A stretch of DNA of 64,000 nt, from NCBI RefSeq assembly GCF_964204645.1, contig NW_027437430.1:180001-244000 (forward strand). Reading direction: 5' to 3'. The position numbers were made by a program, and so were the translations under genes. Of this stretch, positions 51,421 through 64,000 are shown in pieces; position 1 is the stretch's first letter, and each line of letters begins with the position of its first letter. Source of the DNA: Tubulanus polymorphus (taxonomy: Eukaryota; Animalia; Nemertea). Under the pieces are notes generated by a model. The model was not told the origin of the DNA and ran no database searches. It worked only from the letters and a program-made list of their open reading frames with translations.

Positions 51421-52169
51421 GAAGTTTTCAAGGGAATTTTGAAGACTCTGATCAATTACCTTGATCTATCAGATTGTATACCCGAAGGGTGCATCGGCAT
51501 GAGAGAAATTTTTGGTCAATCGGACGCAAGATGGCCGTCCTGTGACCTTTTTTCGTACCCAAAAAATATCAATTTTGGTCTCAATTTCAACCACTACTCA
51601 ATTGCTTATGCATGTTCATATTTTTAATTTTCACAGGAAAATGGACCACCAAGTTCGATACAATTGGTGTGAAAGATTCCAATCAATCCGCAGTTGAATC
51701 ACATAGAGAGAGTCTTATGGTAGATATGAGTCAACTTTCCGCAACTGATGGTAAATCAGTTTAGTTATTTCATACCTTTTTAGCCCACTAGGGAACGAAA
51801 GTCAATTTTTTTGGGATATTTCTCTAAAACTTTTGAACACATACCTGAATTTGATCTTCATACTACCAGTGAAACTGTTATATTGGGGGTTGACCGTAAA
51901 TCAATTTTAACAATATGTTTCCGCGCCTACCATTTGAAATTATAATCAAATCATCAAAAATCAATGGTTCGTAGGTATGGAAACTCAGGACGCATATTGT
52001 TAGAATTTCAAAAATGGCTTATTTTTTCTCATTTCAACATGCGAAAATGAAAACTTTTTGGCAATCCTTCAATACAGTGTAAAGTGGATATAAAAACGAT
52101 GGTTTATTAATACTGCGCAGTTTGACTGGTCGTATTAAGGGTGCTCCTATCCCTTAATTATCAAAATTT

Positions 52170-52835
52170 TCCATTTTCGACATTATATTGATACCTAAAC
52201 ATATTGTATTACCACAATCTATTGAAAGTTGTAGCTCATAAGGTGTTCTATGATTTTGGTTAGCTTCAAGGTCATCGGTTTTTGTATATGGTCACCAGGG
52301 GGCGTTAAATAATACAATAACTTAGTATTTCTATATTATGTCTGTACCTATGCATATTTTGTTACCACAATTAATTGCAAAGTTATAGCTCATGACATCG
52401 TCTATGTATGTGGTGAGTTTTAAGGACATGAGTTATTATATATGGTCACCAGGCGCGTTGAATAGTAGAATAACTTAGTATTTCCTTATAGATTGGTATC
52501 TAGGCATATTTTGTTACCATGATCAATTGCAAAGTTGTAGTTCATGACATGTTCTTTGATTGTGGTGAGTTTCGAGGTCATTGGGTTTTGCATATGGTCA
52601 CCAGGGGGCATTGAATAGTAGAATAACTTAGTATTTCCATATTAAATCGGTAACGAGGCATATTTTGTTATCACAATCAATTACAAAATCGTAGCTGTTG
52701 ACTTATTCTAATTGATTGTGGTGAGTTTCAGGGTCATTGGTTTTTGTATCTGGTTACCAGGGGCGCTGAATATTGAAATTGTTAGATTGTTGAGCATTTG
52801 AAACTACCTGGCATGGTGTCACTGGACTGCTAGTT
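52170..52835 (+). mobile_element. 5'-truncated, diverged HINE fragment
   Basis: Five ~115-bp core repeats ending in the degenerate terminus ggcatggtgtcactggactgctagtt. Confidence 0.6.
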
Positions 52836-55800
52836 TACTTATTTTTGAAGTTTTCATGAAAAATTTTGAGGACACTCTACTTGATCTATCAGATTGTATT
52901 CCTGAAGGGTGCGTCAGCATGAGAGAGATTTTGGGAAAATCGGATACAAGATGGCCGTCCTGTGACCTTTTTGTACCAAAAAATGTGACGTTATTACCAC
53001 AAGAAATTGCAAGTTGTGCCAGTGCATGAAATGCTCTATCGTAATGGTAATTCTTGACATTTGCAGATTGTCAGGTATTTCACCAAGTACTTACTAATCA
53101 CCTTGAGGGACCCAATATGTTTGTTAAAGTCTATATTCATACTGAATATATATTATTTTTCACATGCCCCGTTTGAGGGAAATCTATGATAGAATGTATT
53201 TATAACACAGTAAACCCAAAGTTAGATTGGTCTGGTCAAATCTATCATATGGATTATTTTGTATTATTAGGGCCCAACAGGTCGGTACAAACTATCATGT
53301 GGAATGTATTAGTTATTACAGAGGAAACCATCTGTTTGATTGACCCAATAGATAGGTACAATCTATAATCTATAATCTATAAAATGTAATAGGCCCTATA
53401 TCATTTATAAAAATATATTAATGCAATTGATATAATTTATTTATATACATGTATCTACCCTAGATACACTTTTTTACAAAATACTAGCTTAGTCAGAATC
53501 AACATGGTTGACTGGCGGCCATTTTTTGTTTGCTGAAATCAGCATTTTTTACTTATTTTTGAAGTTTTCAAGGGAAATATTGAGGACACTCTGCTTGATC
53601 TATCAGATTGCATTCCTGAAGGGTGCGTCAGCATGAGAGAGATTTTGGGTCAATCGGATGCAATATGGCCGTCCTGAGTTTCAAGGTCACATGAGCAATT
53701 GTAATTTAAAACATAACCAATACATATTCTTCAGATTATTCTCGGGTCGAAATTCAATATTATGATGTAGTGCAAAGTTGCAGATTATGTCCCTATGAAC
53801 ATGTACATCAAGTTTTACAGGGATGCATTATTCATCATGGCCACCAAGCAGTGCTAAATATCAATGGTTGAAATTAACCGTAATAACATTTGAAAGCAGT
53901 TTAGTTTTACTAGTATATCATAAAGAATATATAAAGTTTAAAGGTCATACCTTTTTCGATATGCTGCCAGGCTGAGGCGATGTTTAATATACATACAATA
54001 TAATAGTGCACTTCCCGAGTTTCAATGTCACAATTTTGATATCCCTACCCAGGTAGCTTACTTTCAAAAAGGTTAATTTAAATAGCTCAAGTACCTGAAC
54101 AAGTAGTGCCTCCCACTTTGACTGTGCACGTATGTTTTATATAATTTGACGGGTCATGTATTCAAATTGGTCAATTAAGGGAAAAAATGATACCTTGTTT
54201 CTCCGCTCTACCTAGCTTAAAGTTAATTTACCCTGCAGCCTATCTACCCAGTACATTATTTTTCTAATCACTATCAGGCATACAATTATAGACCCTGCAG
54301 CTATAGAAATGAACTGATTACAAATTTTATTGGAATTTACACTATTTCCCGGCAGCTGCAGAGAAACAAAGTATCATTTTTTAACCTAAACCAAATATAG
54401 AAATAAATGAATTTTCTTTCTTTTAATAGGCAGAATGAAAACACGAAGGCGCTGGTCATCGGATGAAGATAAAATATTTCATACGATCTTGCATTCGTTC
54501 CAACAGAATGCCTAATCGTGAACTTTTGGACGAAGCCACTAAAATGCTGACAAAGAAAATTATAAAAAAGAGAAAGATTCCAAATAAACTTATAATGATG
54601 TATAATCCAAGTGTTTGTGTTAAATTCACAGGCTTTACCCAAATATCGATTTGATTTTTCTAGGAACCGTATACACATTAGACTGCGCTAAACTTGGATA
54701 ATTCCTAATTATTGATGTATAGACAAACATGAGATCAAAATTGAACTGATCCCGATTAGCCAATGATAACAATTGAAACCTATTCAATTCTCAACCCCTT
54801 CTGACAAAGTTTGATTTAAACTTTGTCAGATGGGGTTGATATAGGTTTCGATAATACAAGACATAGTGGAATTAGGATTAAGGCCTACGTGTATGCGCAA
54901 GCACTCTTCGATTTTGAAGGATAAACTACATGTATATTGACTATGCTGAGTTGATTTAGTAATTTGGTGAATTCAAAGGAAGGAACAGTGCAGGAACTTC
55001 CTCACATTGCCAAACGTTTCCATGTGGATATGCAGCGGCACTTGAATCTGCCATATTACATGAATCCATACATCCCTTCCATTCTCTTGGATTATGCCAA
55101 TGCAGTACCGTGAAAACAGAAAATAAAATTATTTCACAGGAAACTACTTAGAATGGTCTATTAAAGTCTCCCATATGGGTATCGGAATGTATAAGTTTGA
55201 TATAAGACCATATTTGACCCAATAGATAGTACAATCATGTATCATGTGATATATATTAGTTACTACAGAAAACCAACTGTTTGATGGACCCAACAGATAG
55301 GTACAAATATCAAAAGAAATATATTAGTTATTACTGAGGGCCCCAATATGTCTGTTTAATATTATCTCATAAACTCAACAGTTTGAAACGGGGGAAATCT
55401 TATGATATGAAATGAGAGACTACGTAGAAAAAACCAGTGCCTGTGGCTACTAGTCGACAATTTCTAAATTAATTTTCCTGTGCGATTTGGTTTCGTACAA
55501 TTGAGAGACTACTTTTTTCAGTAGGGCATCTTTTGGATCACATCACTGGAAATTGGCTTGTGCTTTTGGGCCCCTTCGTTGGTTATCTACAAATGTTTCA
55601 TATAAGCTATCGACCACAATGCTGACACCGAGATGGTCAGAAACTGACCAATTGAGATATGATCCCCGAGTCTGAACGATTCAGACTTCGAATATCGGAA
55701 ATTTCTCAAGCCATGTTTGTTTACAAACTACCAAGTATTCATCATTGCAAATTCATAAGCTGACCAACACTGACCACTACTGACGAATTACAATTTCACG

Positions 55801-56461
55801 AACATGAGAACGATATACCGCGTTTGGTGTGAAACTAGAAAAGATTCGCCATTGAAGATTCATAAATTGACCATTGACCACCAATGACCAATTCAAAACG
55901 AATAAGATCACAATACAATGATTTACCCCCACTTTCATCCAACAGCACGATACCATTTAATTGAATCATTAAACGCATTGGGCTTCTGATATTTGAAATC
56001 ATTTGTTACAATGAAGTTGATCCTAAGACTTGATCACCTGCGCTACAGAAAACGTACAAGACGAAATTTTAAGATTGTAAAATCCGATTAGGTGATCGTC
56101 ATTATGACGACAGCTCCATCTCTGTAATTCTTAAGAGATTAGAACCACTTCTGGGTCGTCAATACAATTAAACTTTGACTCGAAATAATGTTTAATTTAC
56201 TAATTTGAATAAGCAGTTCAAACTTGGGACTCATAAGGTGATGACCCAATAGACCTGTACATAATGTTTCCGCAGTTTGAGGCACCCAATAAGTCTGTTA
56301 AATCTATGGAATATATAATTTTTAGTATGAAACCATATAGGTCCCAATAGGTAAGTAAAGTCTACCATATGAATATATATAAAATTATGTACCGTACAGT
56401 AATATCAGGATACACAGCCGACATCGGGGATTCGTGATTAAATATTCACATCTTAGATGAA

Positions 56462-56573
56462 TTCTAGAGGCCATAAGAGCTAATTTTGACCACTTTGACC
56501 AATTTTCTAGAGGCCATAAGAGCTAATTTTGACCACTTTGACCAATTTTCTAGAGGCCATAAGAGCTAATTTT
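56462..56573. repeat. 43-bp tandem repeat, ~2.6 copies
   Basis: ctagaggccataagagctaattttgaccactttgaccaatttt starts at 56464, 56507 and 56550 (partial). Confidence 0.9.
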
Positions 56574-58469
56574 TAAAAAAATACATTTTCTTTTCTTCCA
56601 AATTTCCTAGATCCGCCTGGTAATGAAAATGGCATCTTAGGTACCGGGTATACGATTGATACTATTGAGTCAAAACTTCATCAAAATCGAAAACAAATGG
56701 TTCAATTGGATCGAAGATTTAGATTTGTTTAAATCCGTTTACTGGGCAACTTTCATGAAAAAAACCTGCCTGGTTCAGTGCGGCCGCCTACCGTAAACAC
56801 TTGTTTTTCTGGTCATTCCACCTGATGATGGCTGTGGTTTCATAGTAATAAATTTGATCGTATAATTTTAAATTTGAAGTGTAGGATTTCTTCATTTATC
56901 TACAGTATACACGGATTATAGTGTTTATTCGACATCTATTAAGCAATCCTTTAGCTAAGACTATCTCAGTGGTTATTATTGTGGCATTTCACTGTCAAAG
57001 GGCTATGCTTACAACAACTTAAATTGGACAGCTCATATATGACCAAACTCAAACTTGTTCTTTTGTTACATGTGGCCCGTACACAGAAAATCCCAACTGC
57101 TTTAAATATCACCGTATTTGTGCCTCAGAACAAAATGCTGCTGTTTGCAATTCGGACTAATTTGATACTCCCCCCCCCCTTAAATGCAGAATAACATTTA
57201 TTATGGCGTCTTGGGTTATTCAATTATTGGTGCGGCATGTCGCTTTACGGTCGTAGGTGGCAAGTCCCTGATCGAGTAGCTAGGCGTTCGCGTTCGGTAT
57301 TTTTGAAAAGCGTCGGCTGTTTGCGAGGCCGGTGGTGTATCGGAGGGTGCGAGGCTGGTTGTGTATCGGGGGTGTATGGAGATGACTATTACAAAGGAAA
57401 CGAACCGTTCTGTTGGTCTCGAAATCATATACCGGGTACCCGATATACCGGTATGCTATTTAAGTTTTATACAAGACCCAATAAGGACTGTCGTGCCCCG
57501 AATTCTCTGCTGGTGCTTGAGTCCCAGGTCTCAAATGGTCGTTCTATCTATCATGTGGAATGGCATGCAATGGGCTATAACACATTGAAAACCCAATATT
57601 CGAGGGACTGTGTGTGTATGTGTGTGTGTGTGTAATGGTCCTATGGATCAGTTTCGTATAAAAACATGACCCACTAATACTGTATCAGATTAGTGTGGAG
57701 TATATATTTGTTACGAAAGCGTCGACTTATTTCGCAATATCCGAGTCTAAATTCATTTATTTGTCTATCCATTAATAAATCAGCCATACCTTTTTCATCA
57801 AAATGAACAATACATGAAACAGCATATTTGTATAACAAAATCGTCAACCGGTCGCATAACGAAGGCCTGGTAGCCCTTATGAAAATGGTACACGTGTATT
57901 TAGCTAAAGACACGTGTAATATGAAATTACACGTGTACTTTTGACGTGTATTTTGAAATACACGTGTAACTTATGACGTGTATTTTAAAAACACGTGTAA
58001 ATTCATATGTGGCTTCTGAAATACACGTGCAATCTGGATGCATGTACTAGGCTAAAAAATTATACATGTACCTTGTTTCTCATAATTGGTCACTTTTGTA
58101 ATCTGCAATAAAATTTGTAATTACATCATTTAGCTTCACATGATTTTATTAAAAGTAAGATTGTGCATGTAATGTTTGAGAAATTGAAGGAATCTCCTGT
58201 CTTATTGAATTATTTGATCCTCATTTAGTAGTTTTTTCCAGGATGCCGTGTCAAAAAAGTCACGTTGTTTGTCCTGAATTGACTAGATTGGATCCTGTAT
58301 GAATGAAGCACATGTCTTTGTTGCCCCTTGAATAAATCCAAAAACTGTTTCACAAAAATCATGATCTGAACAAAAAATTTTGGATATTTTTCATTTATTA
58401 TCAAGATAACTAGAGGCTTAGGGGACTGCCCAAGCCCCGAATTACAATGTTATTTATGAAAAATGTTGA

Positions 58470-58940
58470 ATATATTGCTGTCACCAGCTCGAAGTGTTCT
58501 GCTTTCCTTGTAGGCCCATTCATTAATTTTGCTAGCTAGCTCTTCTTAGCCGAGGAGTCTTTTCAGTTGTTCATTAACGGGCATGTACACAAAAAAATGT
58601 CCTTTTTCCTCTAATGTTGCCTTATCATACTGTATAACACATAATGAACATTTGTATCATACCTGCAGTTTTTTGAATAATGTCTTATATACGGGGCAGT
58701 AATATTTGTTCACCTCCGGACATAGAGAAAATCTTTTGAAAATAGGGTAATTAGAACTGCGTAGAACCGCTTCTCAGTAACAGTAAATTCAACTGATCCA
58801 ACAATCCAGTCAAAACAGTTGATGTGGATCCAGCTTTGAGGGAGAACGCCATAATAGTAGTAACAGCCCCACGATGGTTCACCTCACCATTTGTGTGGAG
58901 AGGATCATCTATTTCCATCAATGAGCTGTGGCTGCAAAAC
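58470..58940 (-). pseudogene. Remnant of the N-terminal part of an EnSpm-like transposase
   Basis: Frameshifted pieces PLHTNGEV..AVTTIMAFSLK..LLDQLNLLL, NKYYCPV, KCSLC..YDKATLEEKGHF / VYMPVNEQLK resemble the helical plus Zn-knuckle N-terminus of animal EnSpm transposases; stops present. Confidence 0.55.
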
Positions 58941-61643
58941 AGATTAAACATTTTTGTGATTGGTCAAGTTCATATCGGATGAGTAGATTGGCAATTAAGA
59001 TTGCATTTTTAGTCATAAGGCACTGTATTACTAACTTACGTTGTCATAACCATTGTCTGCATTATTGGTGGATTGTGGCCATTTTCAATTCTTAAATCTT
59101 CCAGATTCTCAAAATCCACTTCTTGAAAAATCGAAATGTCCATCATTTAGCAACATATTACCATCTACAAAACAAAAAGTAATTTGAGATTAAATTATTC
59201 CCAAATAGAACCCATATAGAACTTAAGGCTACAGTAGGCCTATACGACGTAGGTTTATTTCCAGCTAGCGATTTTGTAGCCTATTGTTGCGATGAACAGT
59301 AAACCTCATGCATAACATACCAGATCGGACCTGGATTAAAAGATTAACTAACAACATTAACATTAAACTAAACAATTGACCTATTCAATTGCATAATTCT
59401 CCATGTCTCTTGTTTGTCCTGTCAACTTTATTGAACTGTCAAACCAATAATATACATGTTTATTGATATTGATAAGGACCAATAAAGTCAATTTGATTTG
59501 CTTACATTTAAAATGATCTTACCTTCAAATGTTTAACATGTAGGCCTACTCGCGTATTTTCACTGGCCTTTTTACTTGCAATTTTCTTTTTCAAACTCCA
59601 TGCTTGCAAAAGACGAATTCGGTTGGTGTATATCGATATTTACGGGTAATTTTCCACTAAAAAGCGCATCTTTGTGTTACTTGTCTTCCATTTTGGAACA
59701 CTACCAAAATGAAAACCTCACTGACGAACTGACGAGCTCTAGATAAATGGTTTTCATGAACAGAAAAACAACCTAGACAAAATAATCTCATCTAAATGTT
59801 GAATTAAATAGTTAGAGGCCTTATTCATGCACCTTTTTGTCTATTTTTATAATACAGCGTATATTAAAATGATCGTCATTTCTTCACTGAATCGTTATTT
59901 TCAATTTACTTAATTGATTTTGCCTTAGCTTCATAATAACCCTTAGTATAAGTAATTTTTGCTAATTAAATATCACTTAACACGATTATTTTTTAATTCT
60001 AATTGAACTAAAATGCAGACATAAAACTTATTAATAATTAAATAATTTATTTCAATTAAACTCCCAAGCACCCCTGCGCGGTGGCAGCCATATTGCCATT
60101 GTTAAGCAACACGTTTTCACAGGTTTTCACGATCTATTCTATTCTCATAATGATTGCAAAACGCAATAATGGATGACAATCAGTCCATAAAAGGGGATCA
60201 TTGACAACTGGGCCGAAAGTGACACTGTTTCTTTGTTTGAGGTCAAACACATAGTGGATCATTGAATGGATCATTGAATGGATCATTGAATTAGATTCAT
60301 TAGAATGGATTGGAAGAATGGAAGTGGAAGAACAAAAAAGTCGAAGGCCATTTATTATTATCCCGCGTATAAAGGACGCGTTGTGGATTGTTCAGGTATG
60401 ATTATTGTTATGTAGTAAAGTAAAGGTTTATAGGTCACTAAAAGAATATGTTTATTGGAATGAAAAGCAACATGACCTAGTATTGAATTGAATTTGAATT
60501 AGTTAGCATAGTATTAGTAGGCCTTAAATGATTGAATGTCCAGTGAAAAAATTGTAAATGATCATTCCAATTGTGAGGGATAAAAACGGAGTGTCTTTGG
60601 TGTTTATGCATCCAATCTAAAAACTGCAGGGTCATTTAGATTTTGTTGTGCGCCCATCATCGCCATTAAACTTGTATGCTGGACATGAAATTAGGTCGCT
60701 GTCGGAGTTTCGACTGGGGGCAAAAACGACGTTAGTGCAATCAATTCTTGACCATTTTTTTTCAAACTTTATAGGGTCTACACCAATAAGAATTGATCCA
60801 AGGACAGACACTATAAAATTGGAATTCCCGTTTTTTTGGCTTAAAAATGTGTCCACTGGGGGATTGTTGGAAAACGATGTTAGCGCGAGAGAGCCTTCAA
60901 TTCTCCACTGATTTCTCAACAACGACAGCGTGATGAAAATCAGGTATTTACATTATATATTATATGAGCGTCGGAATGGTTTTAGTAAAGATTATAGCGT
61001 AAGCATTGTAAATTCTTCTCATTTTAGGATGCCTACTCACTATTGGATGATACAACAGCTGCTGCCATACGCTGATTAGTCGGAAAACCTAATACTGTTG
61101 GGTGCATGCATGCTGTTGTCCACTCATTTAAAAGAAGAACTAATTGTCAAGGCATTGGACTGGATGTGACGCAATGAAAGTCTTCCATGAGGAAAAAAGT
61201 TGGACCCAAACCGGGTCAGCTAAATAATACGTAAGTACATGAATTCAATATATAATGGCTAGCATTCATTTGTTGTTGTTTTACAGGGGCGGATCCAAGC
61301 TGGAAGAACGAGGGTTCAGCTCTTATGAAAAGGGCACTAGTCAATACAGGTCTCCCTGTGTGAAACGGTTGTAGGCTATGGGGTTTGTGCACTTTGATCA
61401 TAGGGTGGAATTTTTCACCTGTGATTCAAAAGGGCACTTGGTCAGAAAAGGGGAGGGTTTAACGTTTAATATGGCGCTCAAGGCGAACAATCACCGTGGC
61501 CTGATGTGTTGGGTGATTCAGTCGCAGGACGTGTTGGATTCGGGCGATTCAGTCGGCGCAGACCCTGACAAACTAGGTGATTTTACCGACGATTTCGTTG
61601 CACAACTTAAGTGCTCGACGAAATTGCCTTATGTGTCCCCAGC

Positions 61644-62450
61644 TTTAGCCCATTTGAGACGTAAGTCCAAGCAAGCGGGCTATTGCATTCACCCTTTGTT
61701 CGTCTGTAGATGGAATCCAGTATTTTGGGAAGTTTTAATACTCTTGATATTTAAGTTACACACATATCTATCCTAGACATGTCTTCAGCCCAAAACTGGT
61801 CCGAATCAAGATGGCCAACTGCATTGGCCATTTTCGTTCCCCAAAATCATCACTTATGCAATTTTTTGAAGTTTTCAAAGGAGATTTTGAAGATGAAGAT
61901 GGCCATCTTGACACAAGATGGCCATCATGTGACCTTTTTTGTACCCAAAAAGGTCATTTTTGCCTTGTAGCTGCCTAATGGTTTGCAATTTTTCTTTGAA
62001 ATTTGAGATGGGTATACATTTCTTAACAATCTAAAACATACGAGACAGATTTTTCGATCAGTCAAGCATGACACATTTGGCAGCCATCTTGGTGTCATCA
62101 GTTCTCATTCGTAGATAAAAGAAGGTTTTTGAAGGAAAATATCGACAGGTTTTGACTTATAGTCTTGATATGTGATAATTGTTACCACTGTTGTAGTATT
62201 CACCTCATGTGGAATTGGGGTTACCCAGGTTTTTGTTCTCACCACCAGGGGGAGTTGAGTATTGAATTATATACAATTTGTCTAATTTATTTTGGTACCT
62301 ATGAATACATTATAACATCGATCAATTGTAAAATTGTAGCTTGTGACATGTTCTATGATTGTGGTGAGTTTCAATGTCCTGTTTCTATTTCATTATGTTG
62401 ATTGTTTAGCATTCGTAACCGTACGGGCATGGTGTCCCTAGACCCCTTGT
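61644..62450 (+). mobile_element. Degenerate HINE/DINE-1-like copy nested in the CACTA element
   Basis: tttagcccattt..gcgggctattgc start and gggcatggtgtccctagacccc end, with a diverged core. Confidence 0.65.
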
Positions 62451-62879
62451 TTTTCATCAGGTGGCGTTGAACATTGAAATTTCCAGATTGTCAAGCATTT
62501 CACCATATGGCTTAAAATCAAGTCATTAAGAGTGAAAAGCTGTTATATGCAGAAGACTGTTAGAAAAAGCTATATAATTTAATCATCATCCCAAGCAGCT
62601 GAAGTTGATTTATTTATCCTCGTAAAGAAATCATTGTATACTTTTGCTTAATTTTTTTCAAATGGTTATCATTTCAGAACAATGTCGAAAGGAGAAGGGT
62701 GCAAAAGAGGCCAACATAAGACATGCAATTACTCAAAAATTTATAAAATTTATGAAGATGAATAAATCAGTTAGTATGGAAAATGTGAATCTCTTGAGTG
62801 TTCATTCTAAACAGCACATAGATTAAGGAGATTTCCTCACATGGTGGTTTGATTTGAATTCAACAAAAAATGGCAATCA

Positions 62880-63175
62880 AAGACACATGTGTTTAGCATG
62901 AAGTACACGTGTAAGACACGTGTAATATTGGATGAAATACACGTGTAATAAGGATGAACTACACGTGTAGTTAGGATGAAGTACACGTTTAATTTGGATG
63001 AAGTACACGTGTAATTAGGATGAAGTACACGTGTAGTTAGGATGAAGTACACGTGTAATTTGGATGAAGTACACGTGTAATTAGGATGAAGTACACGTGT
63101 AATTTGGATAAAGTACACGTGTAAAATTGGGCCAATTTTACACGTGTATTTTCATTTACAATTACACGTGTACCA
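62880..63175. repeat. ~21-bp subterminal tandem array (ggatgaagtacacgtgtaatt) of the CACTA-like element
   Basis: Directly visible; explains the spurious TRVLHPNYTCTSS ORFs. Confidence 0.9.
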
Positions 63176-64000
63176 TTTTCGTAAGATGAATCTGGCTCGA
63201 TGATATCGATATTATATTGATATTGATGATATTGCACTTATTTTAAGGGATTTCTGCCACTTTCATCTAATTTAAAGCTATCGCGACTACGGATACATGA
63301 TCCTATCAACAAATCATAGAGAGCATTACTTCAATATTTGCACTTTTTGCACTTATCCAGATGTTAAAATTTAACGAAAAATGAAAGGCAATAATGTACT
63401 CACAATAATTGTTGCATTTCTCCATTGCACACAGTAAAATTTTGTAAATTTGTTGGAAAAAATAATGTTTAATCATATGTTTATACACTACCCATGGTTA
63501 CTGGTTTTAAACTGACAAGTCTGTGGTCCCCTTGAATCAGTAAAAAGTATCAACTGTGAGCACTGTTAGTACCGTGAGCATTTGGCCTCTAGAATTGTTC
63601 CAGACTGTATTACAAAATCAGCGATGAATGAATCAAAACTGCAATGGAATCACGTTGCAGCCAATTCGGTACCGTCACAAAAATAGAGATTTCCTGGATC
63701 CAGGTACCTGCACGTTCGATATAGTCAAATTTTCTTAAAATGGGTGAAAAAATAAATTAATCCGTCTGAACCAGCATCTATTTTGGCTTCAAGCTGGGAT
63801 AGACCGATTCGAATTGAGCAAGCTTTGATACGAACGATGACCAATGAAAAACGAAATAGAAGAAAAAGAAAGCAGAAAAGTTACGATCTAAATAATTATC
63901 ACTCCATTTAATTGCAAAATAATATTTCCGTATAAAATATGGCCTCAAACAATGAAACAGCATCAGGATAAAGGGGTAACACTAAAGTATATAGGCTACA

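Larger units (their letters stand above)
40755..53680. repeat. Complex satellite built on a ~1.19-kb monomer with nested insertions
   Basis: Anchor ggaatcccc recurs near 41081, 43703, 46138, 48571 and 49761; the uninterrupted monomer is ~48571-49760; other copies are expanded by HINE insertions. Confidence 0.85.
57874..63187. mobile_element. Decayed CACTA/EnSpm (CMC)-type DNA transposon, ~5.3 kb
   Basis: 23-bp TIR cttatgaaaatggtacacgtgta / tacacgtgtaccattttcgtaag (1 mismatch); subterminal tacacgtgta arrays at both ends; internal transposase-like remnant; TSD not resolved. Confidence 0.7.

Noticed and set aside
42272-51697. Recurrent 60-127 aa ORFs (MADWQPLL.., MVRINMVDWW..)
   Set aside because: They are translations of HINE/satellite cores, and frames are not preserved between diverged copies.
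57237-57635. 132-aa Cys-containing ORF
   Set aside because: No recognisable domain or splice context; ends in a (TG)n microsatellite.
62837-63237. TRVLHPNYTCTSS repeat ORFs
   Set aside because: Translation of the transposon's ~21-bp subterminal array.

Overview
AT-rich animal genomic DNA from an invertebrate (short 60-120 nt GT-AG introns; lophotrochozoan-like gene content is an inference). It has two sharply different halves separated by a ~245-bp (AT)n tract. The first half (1-36.5 kb) is gene-dense. Nine protein-coding genes were reconstructed by hand from splice sites and reading-frame phase: a class A GPCR, two DM9-repeat lectin-like paralogs, a secreted WAP-domain protein (plus a decayed copy of its last exon), a coiled-coil/CAP-Gly protein, an EF-hand/WW protein, a head-to-head pair of DD3-3-like genes (one membrane-anchored, one secreted), and a 7-exon secreted-looking orphan gene that the ORF track misses. 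The second half (36.8-64 kb) has no intact gene and is a nest of repeats: a 2.6-kb element with a tRNA-like head and ~27 double-hairpin units, a ~1.2-kb satellite repeatedly invaded by Helentron-associated (HINE/DINE-1-like) elements, a near-identical 2432-bp tandem duplication, MITEs, and a decayed 5.3-kb CACTA/EnSpm-type transposon. The strongest leads are the DD3-3 membrane/secreted pair and the tRNA-headed hairpin-array element. All family calls come from motif recognition by eye; no database searches were run.
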